This document shows, piece by piece, positions 1-13,100 of a stretch of 64,000 nucleotides of DNA (the stretch's first letter is position 1; every line of letters starts with the position of its first letter). The notes under the pieces were generated by a model. It searched no databases, had not been told where the DNA came from, and worked only from the letters and a program-made list of their open reading frames with translations. The stretch is from Leptogorgia sarmentosa. Lineage: Eukaryota. Location: NCBI GenBank assembly GCA_964658305.1, contig OZ210884.1, positions 3,410,001-3,474,000 on the forward strand, in the 5' to 3' direction. Made by a program: the position numbers and the translations under genes.

Positions 1-1019
1 GAATTTGTATTGCTGTTCATTGGCATTCAAAACGTCGACAAACGTTCGTGTTCTTAGAATGATTAACATTTTTTCATGTCAAGGCATATCAAATGCACTA
101 CAGGTGTTACTTTTTACATGGACCGGGATAGCCCGGTTAAACGAGCTAGCCCGCTTAAGCGAGATAACTTTGAACTAATATTACATGGACCAGGCTGAAA
201 TAAGTTCATTAAAACATTTTTTTAATTGTGCAATAATCTCTGTTATATTTAGATAGAATACTGCTTATATACTGCATTTAAAGCCTTTCTCACATATCAT
301 TGTTGGCGTAAAGAAAATCTTAAGCTTCGCTTATACATTCGGAGAATACGGTTCTTTTTACTCTCTCAAATTTTCAAGCGACTATTGCAAAACAAAAACA
401 ACATATTAATTGCTAGTTTGAGTTTTTAGTACCGCTACTTGTTTACATTTTCAATATAAAAAGTCGTGCGCATGAGATTTTGATGCATTTCAACAATTAC
501 ATGGCGGCATTTTTTAACCCGGGAATGCGGGCCAGCACGGTTGCAAAAAGAGAGATCTCGTTTTTACACGCCCTGAATTTTTACACACCGCGGAAATTTC
601 GCATACCTAATATTCGAGCTCAAGAACGTGCTAGAACCCACTGTCAGTTTGGACGTTGAAAATCGTGGTTTACTTCGTCTTGCGTATATATTCAGTGGAT
701 TTTTTAGGAGGAAATGAGCACGATCGGGAGAGAAAACTAGTTTCTTTAGCGCGCTAGATTTGTATTCCAAACTTCTATTGCTTGAAACTTACTGCAATGA
801 CGATTGTTTACAATATTTCACTTCGTCTTAACAGTAGATATAAATCATATAATAAATATTTTTTATTATATATATAATAAATAATTTTATATAGAAGACA
901 ATGGAATACTGAAAAATGCACAGTGAGATACAATAGTGAAGATATCGATCACCTGAGTGACATGACCTTTTGATTTCAAAATGGCGACTTTCGTCTGAAT
1001 AACGAAAAAATTTTCTTAC

Positions 1020-1135
1020 CTCCATTATAATTTTTTGAGAAATTTCAAAATATTCTTTGCTTCCTCTATTGCTGTACTCTTGTATGAATTCAACATTTAT
1101 GATTCTCAATCGACCCTGGACAGAAGCTGCAACAT
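1020..1135 (-). CDS. Exon: first part of second SEA domain
   Basis: 116 nt, phase 1->0, [38 protein letters not shown]. Same length, phase and pattern as exon 12095-12210. Following SEA exons were not found in 1-1019. Confidence 0.8.
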
Positions 1136-4100
1136 CTAGTAAAAATGAAGTATAAAAACGACAGTTGAGTAAGTGTTGACACATTCAATATAATTTGGTT
1201 TTCTTACTAGTTTATTACTAGTTAGTTTCCTGCAACACGTATCATGTGGTAATCTTAACATAAAATTGTCTAATTTCGACCATAAAATCAAGTACGACTT
1301 TCTTTTTTTACTTTTAAATCTTTTTTTACTTTTAAATCTTTTTTTACTTTTATATTTTTCAGATCATGCATGCACGATATAAACAGCTAAATTTAAAACT
1401 AAATTTGTTGTTTACAATGTTGAATTGTGAATGAACATGACTGCAAATTGCCAAATTTTGTAACTCTTTCTTTGTAACTCTATTTTGTAATCGTAGTTTT
1501 TAGCTGCTTGTACTCCGAATTGTAACCCCATTGTAGTTCTTGCGGCACACTAATATATGAATGTGAACCCCCTCTCCAATTATAGTTCTTCTTCGGCCAC
1601 TGAATTATCATGAAATTGCCAATCCGAAAGTATAGCAGAGACAAAAAAGGCTAATTCTAACTAGAGATTTTATACATACTTTTACACCTTGAGCCATCTT
1701 CACTCAGTCGTTTTCTTGGACTGATGCAATCGCAGATAAATGCTCCGGGAACATTGATGCATCTTTTTTCAAAGCCTGTACATTCTCCCGACTCACATTC
1801 ATTTATATCAGCTATATATGCAAAAAAATGATATTTGTTAAACAAAAATATTCTCACCTATAGATATGACAACCACACGGGATAAGATTTAGTTCGTGAT
1901 TTACAGCGCTTTTCCTATGTTGCACTAGGAACCTGCATTGCCTAGACGGCGCTATGGACGGGCAAACGCGCTAACATCACACTAATGATGAAGTGATTCT
2001 TACTGCTCAATTTAAAAATGAAATAAAAATAAATGGAGGAATGGCAAAAATCAGGTAAATTTGGATACGAAAGCCTTCTTATGATGTCATAATGGTAGAC
2101 TAATATGGAGAAAAATTCCTCGTATATTAATAAATATCCTTGAAAATATCCATCAAAATCTACTTGCAATACAGACCGTACAACATACAAATTTGTTAAA
2201 TTCGCAGGGCTCATATATTCCGTATTTTAAATCATTTCCCAACAAAACTTAGCATTTTTCTGACTTCAGTAAGTCGTGTCCATTGTTCCATTAATTCGCG
2301 GTCATTTTCTACAGCTGCAATCGCAATTCGTCGCAAATTCTTGACGAATCAATATTTTCACAATTTAGTTTCATATACATGAATAATGTAGAAACGCAAA
2401 TGATTTTTGACAAAGTTGGGGCAACTCAATTTGGTCATCAATTGGAAAAATTTGCTTCCAGTGTGATTGAATAAGCAAAAATTTCCCTTCTAGTCTTACT
2501 GGCATAATTAATTATTTATGTTTACTCACTACATTGCTTCCCATTGCCTGTATAGCCTCTTTTACAAAGACATTCATAGCTTCCAACGGTATTAGTACAC
2601 GTGGCATCGGAAGAACAATCATTACCACTCATGCATTCATTAATGTCTAAAAGATAATGCGATAACATTCAAGGTGGCGATGAATTATGATTGAGATCTT
2701 TAATCGATACATATAAAGAAAAATACATGGGTACGCGGAGATACCGGATTTATTTCGAGTGTGTTGAAAATGATATTTCACAAGTGACACAGCGTGTGAC
2801 ATAATACAATCATGTTTAACACGAGAAATAACTCCGGTATTTCCAAGCACACTTATTACAATCATAATCTATTCATATTATATTTTCGTCTGTTTCATTG
2901 AAATAGTCAGCGTCCTTTTCAAAAAGTTCATTGAATCTTTTGCTCATAGTTTTTGAGGGGGGTTTTCGAACTTTATTTTTGTAAAATTCCTGCGAAAAAT
3001 CTTTGTTTTCATTACTAAAGTTGTGATTAGTTAGTTAAACTTATTTCGCGACTTCTCATTGGTGCGAAATTCATATCAACTCACGTAAAAATATGATATT
3101 TTTATACCATATTTTTATCGGGAATCAAATACGATTTTTCTCGGTGGCAAAATTTCTGAAATAGCTACACTAAATATTATTTATAAATTAGTCCTTTAAA
3201 AACACGGGCGTTGATTGGCCGAGAACTAAAAAAAAACGTGTTTTTATAACTCTACAGAAACACGGAAAAGAATAAATACATGAAGTAACGTTTCCAAACG
3301 CCTACCATCGCATGAAATGCCATCACCAGTGTAACCAGGATTACATGTACAGGTGTAAGATCCTTCTGTATTATTGCATGTGGCGTTAGCATGACACGGT
3401 GACACTGGCGAACATTCATCAAAATCTAGAGAGTTTTAGAGGAAAAACAACTTAACTGATATATTTTTTTTCTTATAACATTTTCATACAGAGTCTTATC
3501 GAAGGGGGTATTGGGGCAAGAAGGAAAAAGTGCATGAATGTATTCGGGTCACACGACGTTTTAGGGTAAAGAGGGTGAAGCTAACTAGACCTGAATTAAA
3601 CGTGAAACAGGTCTAATTGGGCGATGGAGTAACAAAGTAAAGAAACACAACTGATCTCAAATCTAGTTCGCTACACTGGAATTTATTATGAATTTGATCA
3701 TAAAATAAATCCGTTATTTACCGGTTGGGAGGTCAGGATAGAAAATATTTTCTCTTGTCTCAAAAACGTCCCTCGGCCTTCGGCCTCTGGTCGTTTTTGA
3801 GATCTCGACAAGATATTTTTCTATCTGGACCTCCCAGGCGGTAAATAACATATATATTTACTGAACTTGTCACTATATTGAGTTAACTTCGGTGACTCTC
3901 CGTCCTTGTGGAGCGTTCGCTACTTTATGCATTATATCTTATTTGATTAGTTTAGCTTTGAAATTATCGTTACAAGATGTATCAGCGACTCTTTTTGGAG
4001 GAGTTCTGGTTTTAAATTTCGCTGACCTCACTTAACTGTATACTCTGTTATTTCTTCAACACAGTCTAAAATCTAATTAAATACCCATGGAAACTGATCA

Positions 4101-7100
4101 TTGAGTGGTGGGAAACAAGGAATTGTATCCCATCAGCCGTCGAAATTTCATACACAAATAAGTCAATCGCAATGAAACGGCTCTAAGTTATTGAGTGGTT
4201 TTCAAAAATTGTGCTACGCCTCATGTTTTTCGCGATTCTCTCGTATTCTCCAAACATTCCCCTCGTGCATTATAACAGCATATATGGCACGCGACTCGTT
4301 ATCTGGCTATTTTTTAAATAAAAACAACTTAGTTTTGTTGTGTAAATACCACCAACATATTCAGACTTTTCCTATTTTTCATTTGAGAAGAAAACATTTA
4401 ATGGTAATTATATCTATGTCACGTCATTTGTCGCAATATTTGGAAGCAATCGTATTGATTGGTCTCTGACCCAATTTAAAGCAGCCGATAAGATTGCCTC
4501 GTGACCTCAGATCTTGGAAACATGGATCCCTACCTTCACAGTTAATGCCATCTCCGGTGAAACCATCATGACATGTACAGGTAAATGAACCTATTGTATT
4601 ATTGCATGTCCCATTGCCATGGCAAGGATTACGCGTACAATCTTCAATATCTAAATACAATAATATACAAGCATGAGTATTTTGGTTCTAAAACAATTGG
4701 GAATTTTATAATTTTACGCGCTACACACATGTCTATTTGTTCCATAATTGCAAGTAAATTTGCTACAAAACCTGTACGTTTGACTTAATTAATATCCAGT
4801 CATAGACCAAAGTTTTTTGGAAAATATATTTTAACCATAAATACGTTGGTTTATGGCACAATCAGGTTGGTTATACAGGAAAAAAGATCACTTTAGAATT
4901 TACAGTATTTCTTTTTATCAAGGTCGCACTAACATAACTTAGCAAATAATGGTTTCAAAGCATTTTGATTGGCTGTCTGAATAGTAAATCAGAGGCATTA
5001 GCTACTAAACAGGCCTTTTTCCGAAATGCCGGCCGAAAATCGTTTATATTTAATAAGCTATCGATAAGCTATCGACAGTTGAAAACAAGGCATCAAAATT
5101 GGTATAATTGCAAAGTTTTATAGTGAAACGACATAAAATTAAATATAATGGAATCGTGACTATATCATGTCACAATTTATCGTGTATTTTCGAAAATGTA
5201 AATGTGAAAGTATACTGATCCAAAGAAGGTATGTAGCCAAATTTCGGGATGAAATCAAAACTACTCGCAAAGAGGGAAAAAAGTTTGCACGTACCTTGAC
5301 AATCCTTGCCATCTCCTGTATATCCTTCCTTACACGTGCAAATATAGGAACCCTCTGTATTTGTACAATTTGCTTCGACGTGACAATCATTCATTCCCGA
5401 AGAACTGCATTCTTCAATATCTAAAGACAAATATATAAAACAGATAAGTATACTGCAATGATAAACATTTTTTATACACTATTCAATCTGACACAGATAT
5501 TTTCTCCAATTATAAATTGAACAGGATGCATCACATTTGGTAGAATGCAGGATTGTGATTGGATGAGAAACTCTTTTTCCATACTCATATACTTATAAGA
5601 TTTTTGAATCATGGGGACAACTCAGACCGTATACATTCAGTAATTCATGTCCTGCTGCATGAATAATGGGTTTCAATACTTCAATATAATAATTATAATA
5701 AGAAAATGAAATTGATTAATGATTCTAATCCTTGAGCCCATTCGGGAAAAAAACCGCACTTACTTCCTCTCACGTGCAGTCATTGAATTAATAATATTAA
5801 GATTATCCTAAGGATAGCAACTTTATCACGAATAATGCATCTTATAGAAATACATACATCGCAAAATTCGTTTTAACTAAAAAAACTACCGCAGAATACT
5901 ACAAAAAAATAAATATAAATAAACTTGGATATTTTTTCTAAATTTCGACATAAATTTTGCTGTAGTAAAATGTATCGGAAAATACGTAAATTTGTTCATT
6001 GCAAATAATGTTTTGGAAAAAGATACTATCAAAATTTTTTTCCATATGGCGGGTCCAATTTGCTCCATATCACGTCATTTGTCGCAATATTTGAAAGCAA
6101 TCGTGTTGGTTGGTCTCTGACCCAATTTAAAGCAGCCAATAGGATTGCCTCGTGACCTCAGATCCTGGAAACATGGATCCCTACCTTCACAGTTAATGCC
6201 ATCTCCGGTGAAACCATCATGACATGTACAGGTAAATGAACCTATTGTATTATTGCATGTCCCATTGCCATGGCAAGGATTACGCGTACAATCTTCAATA
6301 TCTAAATACAATAATATACAAGCATGAGTATTTTGGTTCTAAAACAATTGGGAATTTTATAATTTTACGCGCTACACACATGTCTATTTGTTCCATAATT
6401 GCAAGTAAATTTGCGACAAAACCTGTACGTTTGACTTAATTAATATCCAGTCATAGACCAAAGTTTTTTGGAAAATATATTTTAACCATAAATACGTTGG
6501 TTTATGGCACAATCAGGCTGGTTATACAGGAAAAAAGATCACTTTAGAATTTACAGTATTTCTTTTTATCAAGGTCGCACTTTTTTCTAACATAACTTAG
6601 CAAATAATGGTTTCAAACATTTTGATTGGCTGTCTGAATAGTAAATCAGAGGCATTAGCTACTAAACAGGCCTTTTTCCAAGATGCCGGCCGAAAATCGT
6701 TTTTATTTAATAAGCTATCGATAAGCTATCGACAGTTGAAAACAAGGCACCAAAATTGGTATAATTGCAAAGTTTTATAGTGAAACGACATAAAATTAAA
6801 CATAATGGAATCGTGACTATATCATGTCACAATTTATCGTGTATTTCCGAAAATGTAAATGTGAAAGTATACTGATCCAAAGAAGGTTTGTAGCCAAATT
6901 TCGGGATGAAATCAAAACTACTCGCAAAGAGGGAAAAAAGTTTGCACGTACCTTGACAATCCTTGCCATCTCCTGTATATCCTTCCTTACACGTGCAAAT
7001 ATAGGAACCCTCTGTATTTGTGCAATTTGCTTCGGCGTGACAATCATTCATTCCAGAAGAACTGCATTCTTCAATATCTAAAGACAAATATATAAAACAG

Positions 7101-10100
7101 ATAAGTATACTGTAATGATAAACATTTTTTATATACTATTCAATCTGACACAGATATTTTCTCCAATTATAAATTGAACAGGATGCATCACATTTGGTAG
7201 AATGCAGGATTGTGATTGGATGAGAAACTCCTTTTCCATACTCATATACTTATAAGATTTTTGAATCATGGGGACAACTCAGACCGTATACATTCAGTAA
7301 TTCATGTCCTGCTGCATGAATAATGGGTTTCAATACTTCAATATAATAATTATAATAAGAAAATGAAATTGATTAATGATTCTAATCCTTGAGCCCATTC
7401 GGGAAAAAAACCGCACTTACTTCCTCTCACGTGCAATCATTGAATTAATAATATTAAGATTATCCTAAGAATAACAACTTTATCACGAATAATGCATCTT
7501 ATAGAAATACATACATCGCAAAATTCGTTTTAACTAAAAAAACTACCGCAGAATACTACAAAAAAAATAAATATAAATAAACTTGGATATTTTTTCTAAA
7601 TTTCGACATAATTTTTGCTGTAGTAAAATGTATCGGAAAATACGTAAATTTGTTCATTGCAAATAATGTTTTGGAAAAAGATACTATCAAAATTTTTTTC
7701 CATATGGCGGGTCCAATTTGCTCCATATCACGTCATTTGTCGCAATATTTGGAAGCAATCGTGTTGGTTGGTCTCTGACCCAATTTAAAGCAGCCAATAG
7801 GATTGCCTCGTGACCTCAGATCCTGGAAACATGGATCCCTACCTTCACAGTTCATACCATCTCCGGTGAAACCATCATGACATGTACAGGTAAATGAACC
7901 TATTGTATTATTGCATGTCCCATTGCCATGGCAAGGATTACGCGTAGGAGTACAATCTTCGATATCTAAATACAATAATATACAAGCATGAGTATTTTGG
8001 TTCTAAAACAATCGGCAATTTTAAAATTTTACGCGCTACACACATGTCCATTTGTTCCATAAGTGCAAGTAACAATTGCTACAAAACCTGTACGTTTGAC
8101 TTAATTAATATCCAGTCATAGACCAAAGTTTTTTGGAAAATATATTTTAACCATAAATACGTTGGTTTATGGCACAATCAGGCTGGTTATACAGGAAAAA
8201 AGATCACTTTAGAATTTACAGTACTTCTTTTTATCAAGGTCGCACTAACATAACTTAGCAAATAATGGTTTCAAAGTATTTTGATTGGCTGTCTGAATAG
8301 TAAATCAGAGGCATTAGCTACTAAACAGGCCTTTTTCCAAGATGCCGGCCGAAAATCGTTTTTATTTAATAAGCTATCGATAAGCTTCCGACAGTTGAAA
8401 ACAAGGCACCAAAATTGGTATAATTGCAAAGTTTTATAGTGAAACGACATAAAATTAAATATAATGGAATCGTGACTATATCATGTCACAATTTATCGTG
8501 TATTTCCGAAAATGTAAATGTGAAAGTATACTGATCCAAAGAAGGTATGTAGCCAAATTTCGGGATGAAATCAAAACTACTCGCAAAGAGGGAAAAAAGC
8601 TTGCACGTACCTTGACAATCCTTCCCATCTCCTGTATATCCTTCCTTACACGTGCAAATATAGGAACCCTCTGTATTTGTGCAATTTGCTTCGACGTGAC
8701 AATCATTCATTCCAGAAGAACTGCATTCATCAATATCTAAAGACAAATATATAAAACAGATAAGTATACTGTAATGATAAACATTTTTTATATACTATTC
8801 AATCTGACACAGATATTTTCTCCAATTATAAATTGAACAGGATGCATCACATTTGGTAGAATGCAGGATTGTGATTGGATGAGAAACTCCTTTTCCATAC
8901 TCATATACTTATAAGATTTTTGAATCATGCGGACTACTCACACCGTATACATTCAGTAATTCATGTCTTTCTGCATGAATAATGGGTTTCAATACTTCAA
9001 TATAATAATTATAATAAGAAAATGAAATCGATTAATGATTCTAATCCTTGAGCCCATTCAGGGGAAAAAACCCCGCGGATGGAGAACCAATTGCGCCTGG
9101 CTAAAGATCATCGTCTTAGATTCCTAATTTTCTCATTTTGCATAAGGTACAGTACATCATGAATATGAGTTAAGCTAAAACTACCAATCACGAATTTCAA
9201 AAGTAATGAATGTGTTCAATTTATCAAGAAATACAGGAAATTGATCATGGACACAGGGCGTCAGCAAGTAGGGAACTGGGAGAGGGGAGGTGCGATTCCC
9301 TCAGAACAGGGAGGGTGGAGTGGGAAAGAGGGAAAGCGCGGGGGAAGGGGGGCTGCGTTGCTTTTCACTGCAGGTTAGGAAGTAAATTATGTAAATGTAA
9401 TGATAATTTCGCTTGTCGGAAAATTAAGGATTGATTTCGCTTAATTATTTTACTCAGCCCCATGCGATTACCGATTACCTATACTAATTTGGTTATAACC
9501 AAGTTCGAAATGATATATTTTTAGCCGCACCCGTTAAACAAAGACCTCAACAGGTAGTACCCGATATTTCTCAATTGAGAACATGGGTAATGCCCACGCT
9601 AGACCATCGTCCAAGAAGCCTGGCCTGATCAAATATGATTATAGTGATTGGCCAGTTCTATAATCATATGCATTTAGCCAGTATAGCCTGGTCAGCGGCG
9701 AGCTGGAATTGACTCGTGTGATATCAATGCCGAGCTTAAGTGAAAGTACATAATTGAAAGTAGACTTTTTATTCTTGTTATTGTGGGGGGGGGGGGGTGG
9801 TGGTGGGATATACATTGGATCTGACAGGAGACAATAAAGAAATATCGATATAAACCAGAAATACATAATATGCAGCAACCCCTCGCTTTACTCACAAAAA
9901 AATGCAACTATATTTTTGGAACATGAAGTACTTTTAGTAAAGCAGTCAAAGGTTGTTGTCATGGCAACACGATCGCAATTGATGTTTCTGTATTTTTTGA
10001 AAACAGTAAAAATATCAGCTTTTATCTTTGTTTTATTGGAATTTTTTTTATATGGAGAACCAGTTGTTAACCGTACGTTATTATGACTAATATAAACTTG

Positions 10101-13100
10101 AATTTGGTGCGAAATGCTACATTTGTTTGCATACAACGTTTTAAATAATATCAAGTCAGTCTTTGATATGAAACAATTTCCAGCCAGACTCCAGTGTTCG
10201 CTCGTGTTCTTTTGAGTAAAGTTTGTAAATATTTTTGTGAAGTATTGCATTTAAAAACATAAACTTATACTCCGGAATTGAGCCGTGAATTGGTTAATTA
10301 AAGGCGGCTACGGCTGGCGACCATTGATGCAAATAGTAAATATACGCAAAACAAAAGTTCACTGCCGACAATATATTGACAAACTTATCCTGTGTTTCAA
10401 TCCATAGTCGTTTCGTCCCATTTCTCAGCGTTTTATATCTTCCGAGAAGGCTTTTAAAGTCTTACGCGCAGATCTTGTCTTTGTTTTCCCGTTTCCAAAG
10501 CTTTAAGAAGCTCCTTGAAAGCTTTAAAAAGCTTCGGCTCTTCACGATAGTCCGCCATATTTTTGGGATCAGTGATGACCACCCTTCGACGAAGACCCAA
10601 AATGGCGGCCATATCGAGTAACTTTGGACTCCGCTATGCTGCCCATTACCCGGGTGCAAATAGCCGCGCGGAATTATTACCCTCGCCCCGGGCTAACGCC
10701 CGGACGGCGCTTCGCGCCGTGGCTCGGGGATCAAAGTGTTCAAGATGCTAAGACATTTTTTAATTCGACCCTCAAGTGGAAATTGGCTATTTCACATTTC
10801 CAAACCTGTCTTAACGAACTTAATTTAATATCCAGTCGTACACACGACTTCAAATTATATTACTAAGATTGCTTTCGCAGAGAGAAATAAAAAAAAATGC
10901 TCGTACCTTCGCAAGCCGTGCCATCTCCTGAATATCCTTCCCTACATTTGCAAATATAGGAACCCTCTGTATTTGTGCAATTTGCCTGGGCGTGGCAATC
11001 GTTCGTTGCAGAAGAATTGCATTCATCAACATCTAAAGTCAAACAAATAAAACATAAGTGTACTAAAATTATAATATTTTTTATACGGCATTCGTTCTGG
11101 TATTGATATTTTCTCTAATATAAATAATTTTTGTCGACTGATTTATTCCCATTAAAATTTCAACTGGTCAAGTCATGACCAAGTGTTTCTAGAATATAAT
11201 TATTATATAATATATAGAAAATTAATATAAATCATGCAGTCAAAAATATCAGGATTGGACAAATGACAATGTATATTGACCTCACCCGAAAAGTCCAAAA
11301 CGTCAATGGCTTTCGTTGGATCAGTATCTTCGCTCAGCTTCAAGTCCCCAAGAAACGTTCCATTACTTGAGACATCTAATGAACTTGCCAATTCAGTTTT
11401 CAAGTTATCATCACTTACACCAGCTGTGTTGTTGAATGTCGCCACGTAGTCGACGCCCACTGATCCCGCGCTGTAAAAAAGTACAAAAAAATTGAGCTAC
11501 CGAAGAACGATGTTGCTTTCTTCTGTATTTTGTAATTTGTTAATGATTGCGAACAAGTTGTTGTTGTTATCAAGCTAATATATCCACAATCGCTACCACT
11601 AAGTGGCACAGCACATGCAATTTTTCATTTTCATGAGTTATGATGTATTGATCAATGATAGCAAATTGTATGTTTCGGTACATAACACGCTGCTGCTTCA
11701 ATGTGTTAATTGAATTCGTAAATATTAATAACTACTTACTATATTCTTATAATGATAATTCGAATAAAAATGGCTCCAAATCTGGTTCTTCTGAAATTCA
11801 ACTCCAGCTACAAGATAAAATGGCAATTTTATACCCCACTGACGCCACATGCATATCACTAAGTAATCCAATATGGCGGACAGTTCATTGAAAGTAAAAA
11901 TATTTCAAGAATCAAGAACGATATGAAAAATGTAAAAAGCTTGCATGTATAAACAACATTAAACATTAAAAAACGTTGTTGCCACCACTCCCGCCACATT
12001 TTCTTTATTTTTACACAAATCGGCCTCAGGCTGATCAGGGAGCAGTGTAGGCATTGCAGTTATTTATGGAAAAATAATGAACATTTTTTCGCACCGCAAC
12101 GATTATCACTTGGGTGATTTCGATATATGCTGCGCTGTTTGGGTCATTGTATTCAGGTTTGTATTCAAAATTGATAATTCTTATTCCACCCCCGACAGAT
12201 GCAGCCACATCTAGGAATAAAAATAAAATTACTCTACATATTTGATGAATTTGAGAAAATTAGTTAGTTCATTTGTTACCATCGCTGCAACGAAAAAAAT
12301 TGATGTGAACAAATTGCGAGTTGGAACAAATTGTTACCATGCGCACATAGTCCCAGCCAGCTCACCTTAGTTGTGTAATTAAGTACTTTATACTTACTAA
12401 TGCAAGCTGATTCATCCTCATTAAGTTGTTTTCTAGGACTGATGCAGCTACAGCGATATGATCCTTCATAGTTTGTACATCTTTGACCAGGAGCATTACA
12501 TTTTGGTGGTGTGGCTGTGCATTCATTTATATCGTCTAAAACAGAAAATACAGAAAAGGTAAGAATAGGTAAATAACTCAAACAAACGTCTTTCTCAACG
12601 ATGGAAGTGCGCTTTCTGACTGAAATGATCTGTGACCATGGTTGTATCAAATGTATCAATTAAGATCAATAACTTCTTGTTTATCAAGGCCTATAGCTTT
12701 TCATTTGTTGAACCTAATGTTAATGTGCTAATTTTTTCTTTGCTAATTTCGACACCGTCTCATAGTTTACTTTTGGTAATTCTGGTAATACCAGTTAACA
12801 ACCTGCCTGTAGGATGATTGAATTTTCAAAACAACTTATCAGGTGTTATTCTGAATGAATAAAGCACGGCCGCCAATCACGTGAATATGAATATTGTTAC
12901 ACAAACCACATTGAAATCCATTTCCTTCATAGCCATCTTTACAAACACATTCATGGGTTCCGATTTGATTATTACAGAGAGCGTTTGGTGAACAAATGTC
13001 CGTCTCTTCAGCACATTCATCGATATCTAAAGGAAAAATGTAACTGTAGCTATAGCATTATTTTTGGAAAGAGAATAACGAGTTTTAAACAAATTACCTT

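Larger units (their letters stand above)
4419..9070. repeat. About 1.66 kb tandem repeat (~2.8 copies), each with two cbEGF exons and introns
   Basis: Exon offsets of 1651-1659 bp; introns nearly identical between copies. Confidence 0.95.

Noticed and set aside
564..860. Candidate second exon of the last SEA domain
   Set aside because: No AG/GT-bounded phase 0->2 segment resembling 11740-11807 was found; the region looks like intronic repeat sequence.
1302..1353. About 18-bp tandem repeat (tttttttacttttaaatc, ~3 copies)
   Set aside because: Ordinary low-complexity slippage in an intron.
9210..10866. Cluster of short ORFs in the 8737-10906 intron
   Set aside because: No transposase, reverse transcriptase or other recognisable motifs; the poly-Pro stretch arises from a G homopolymer.
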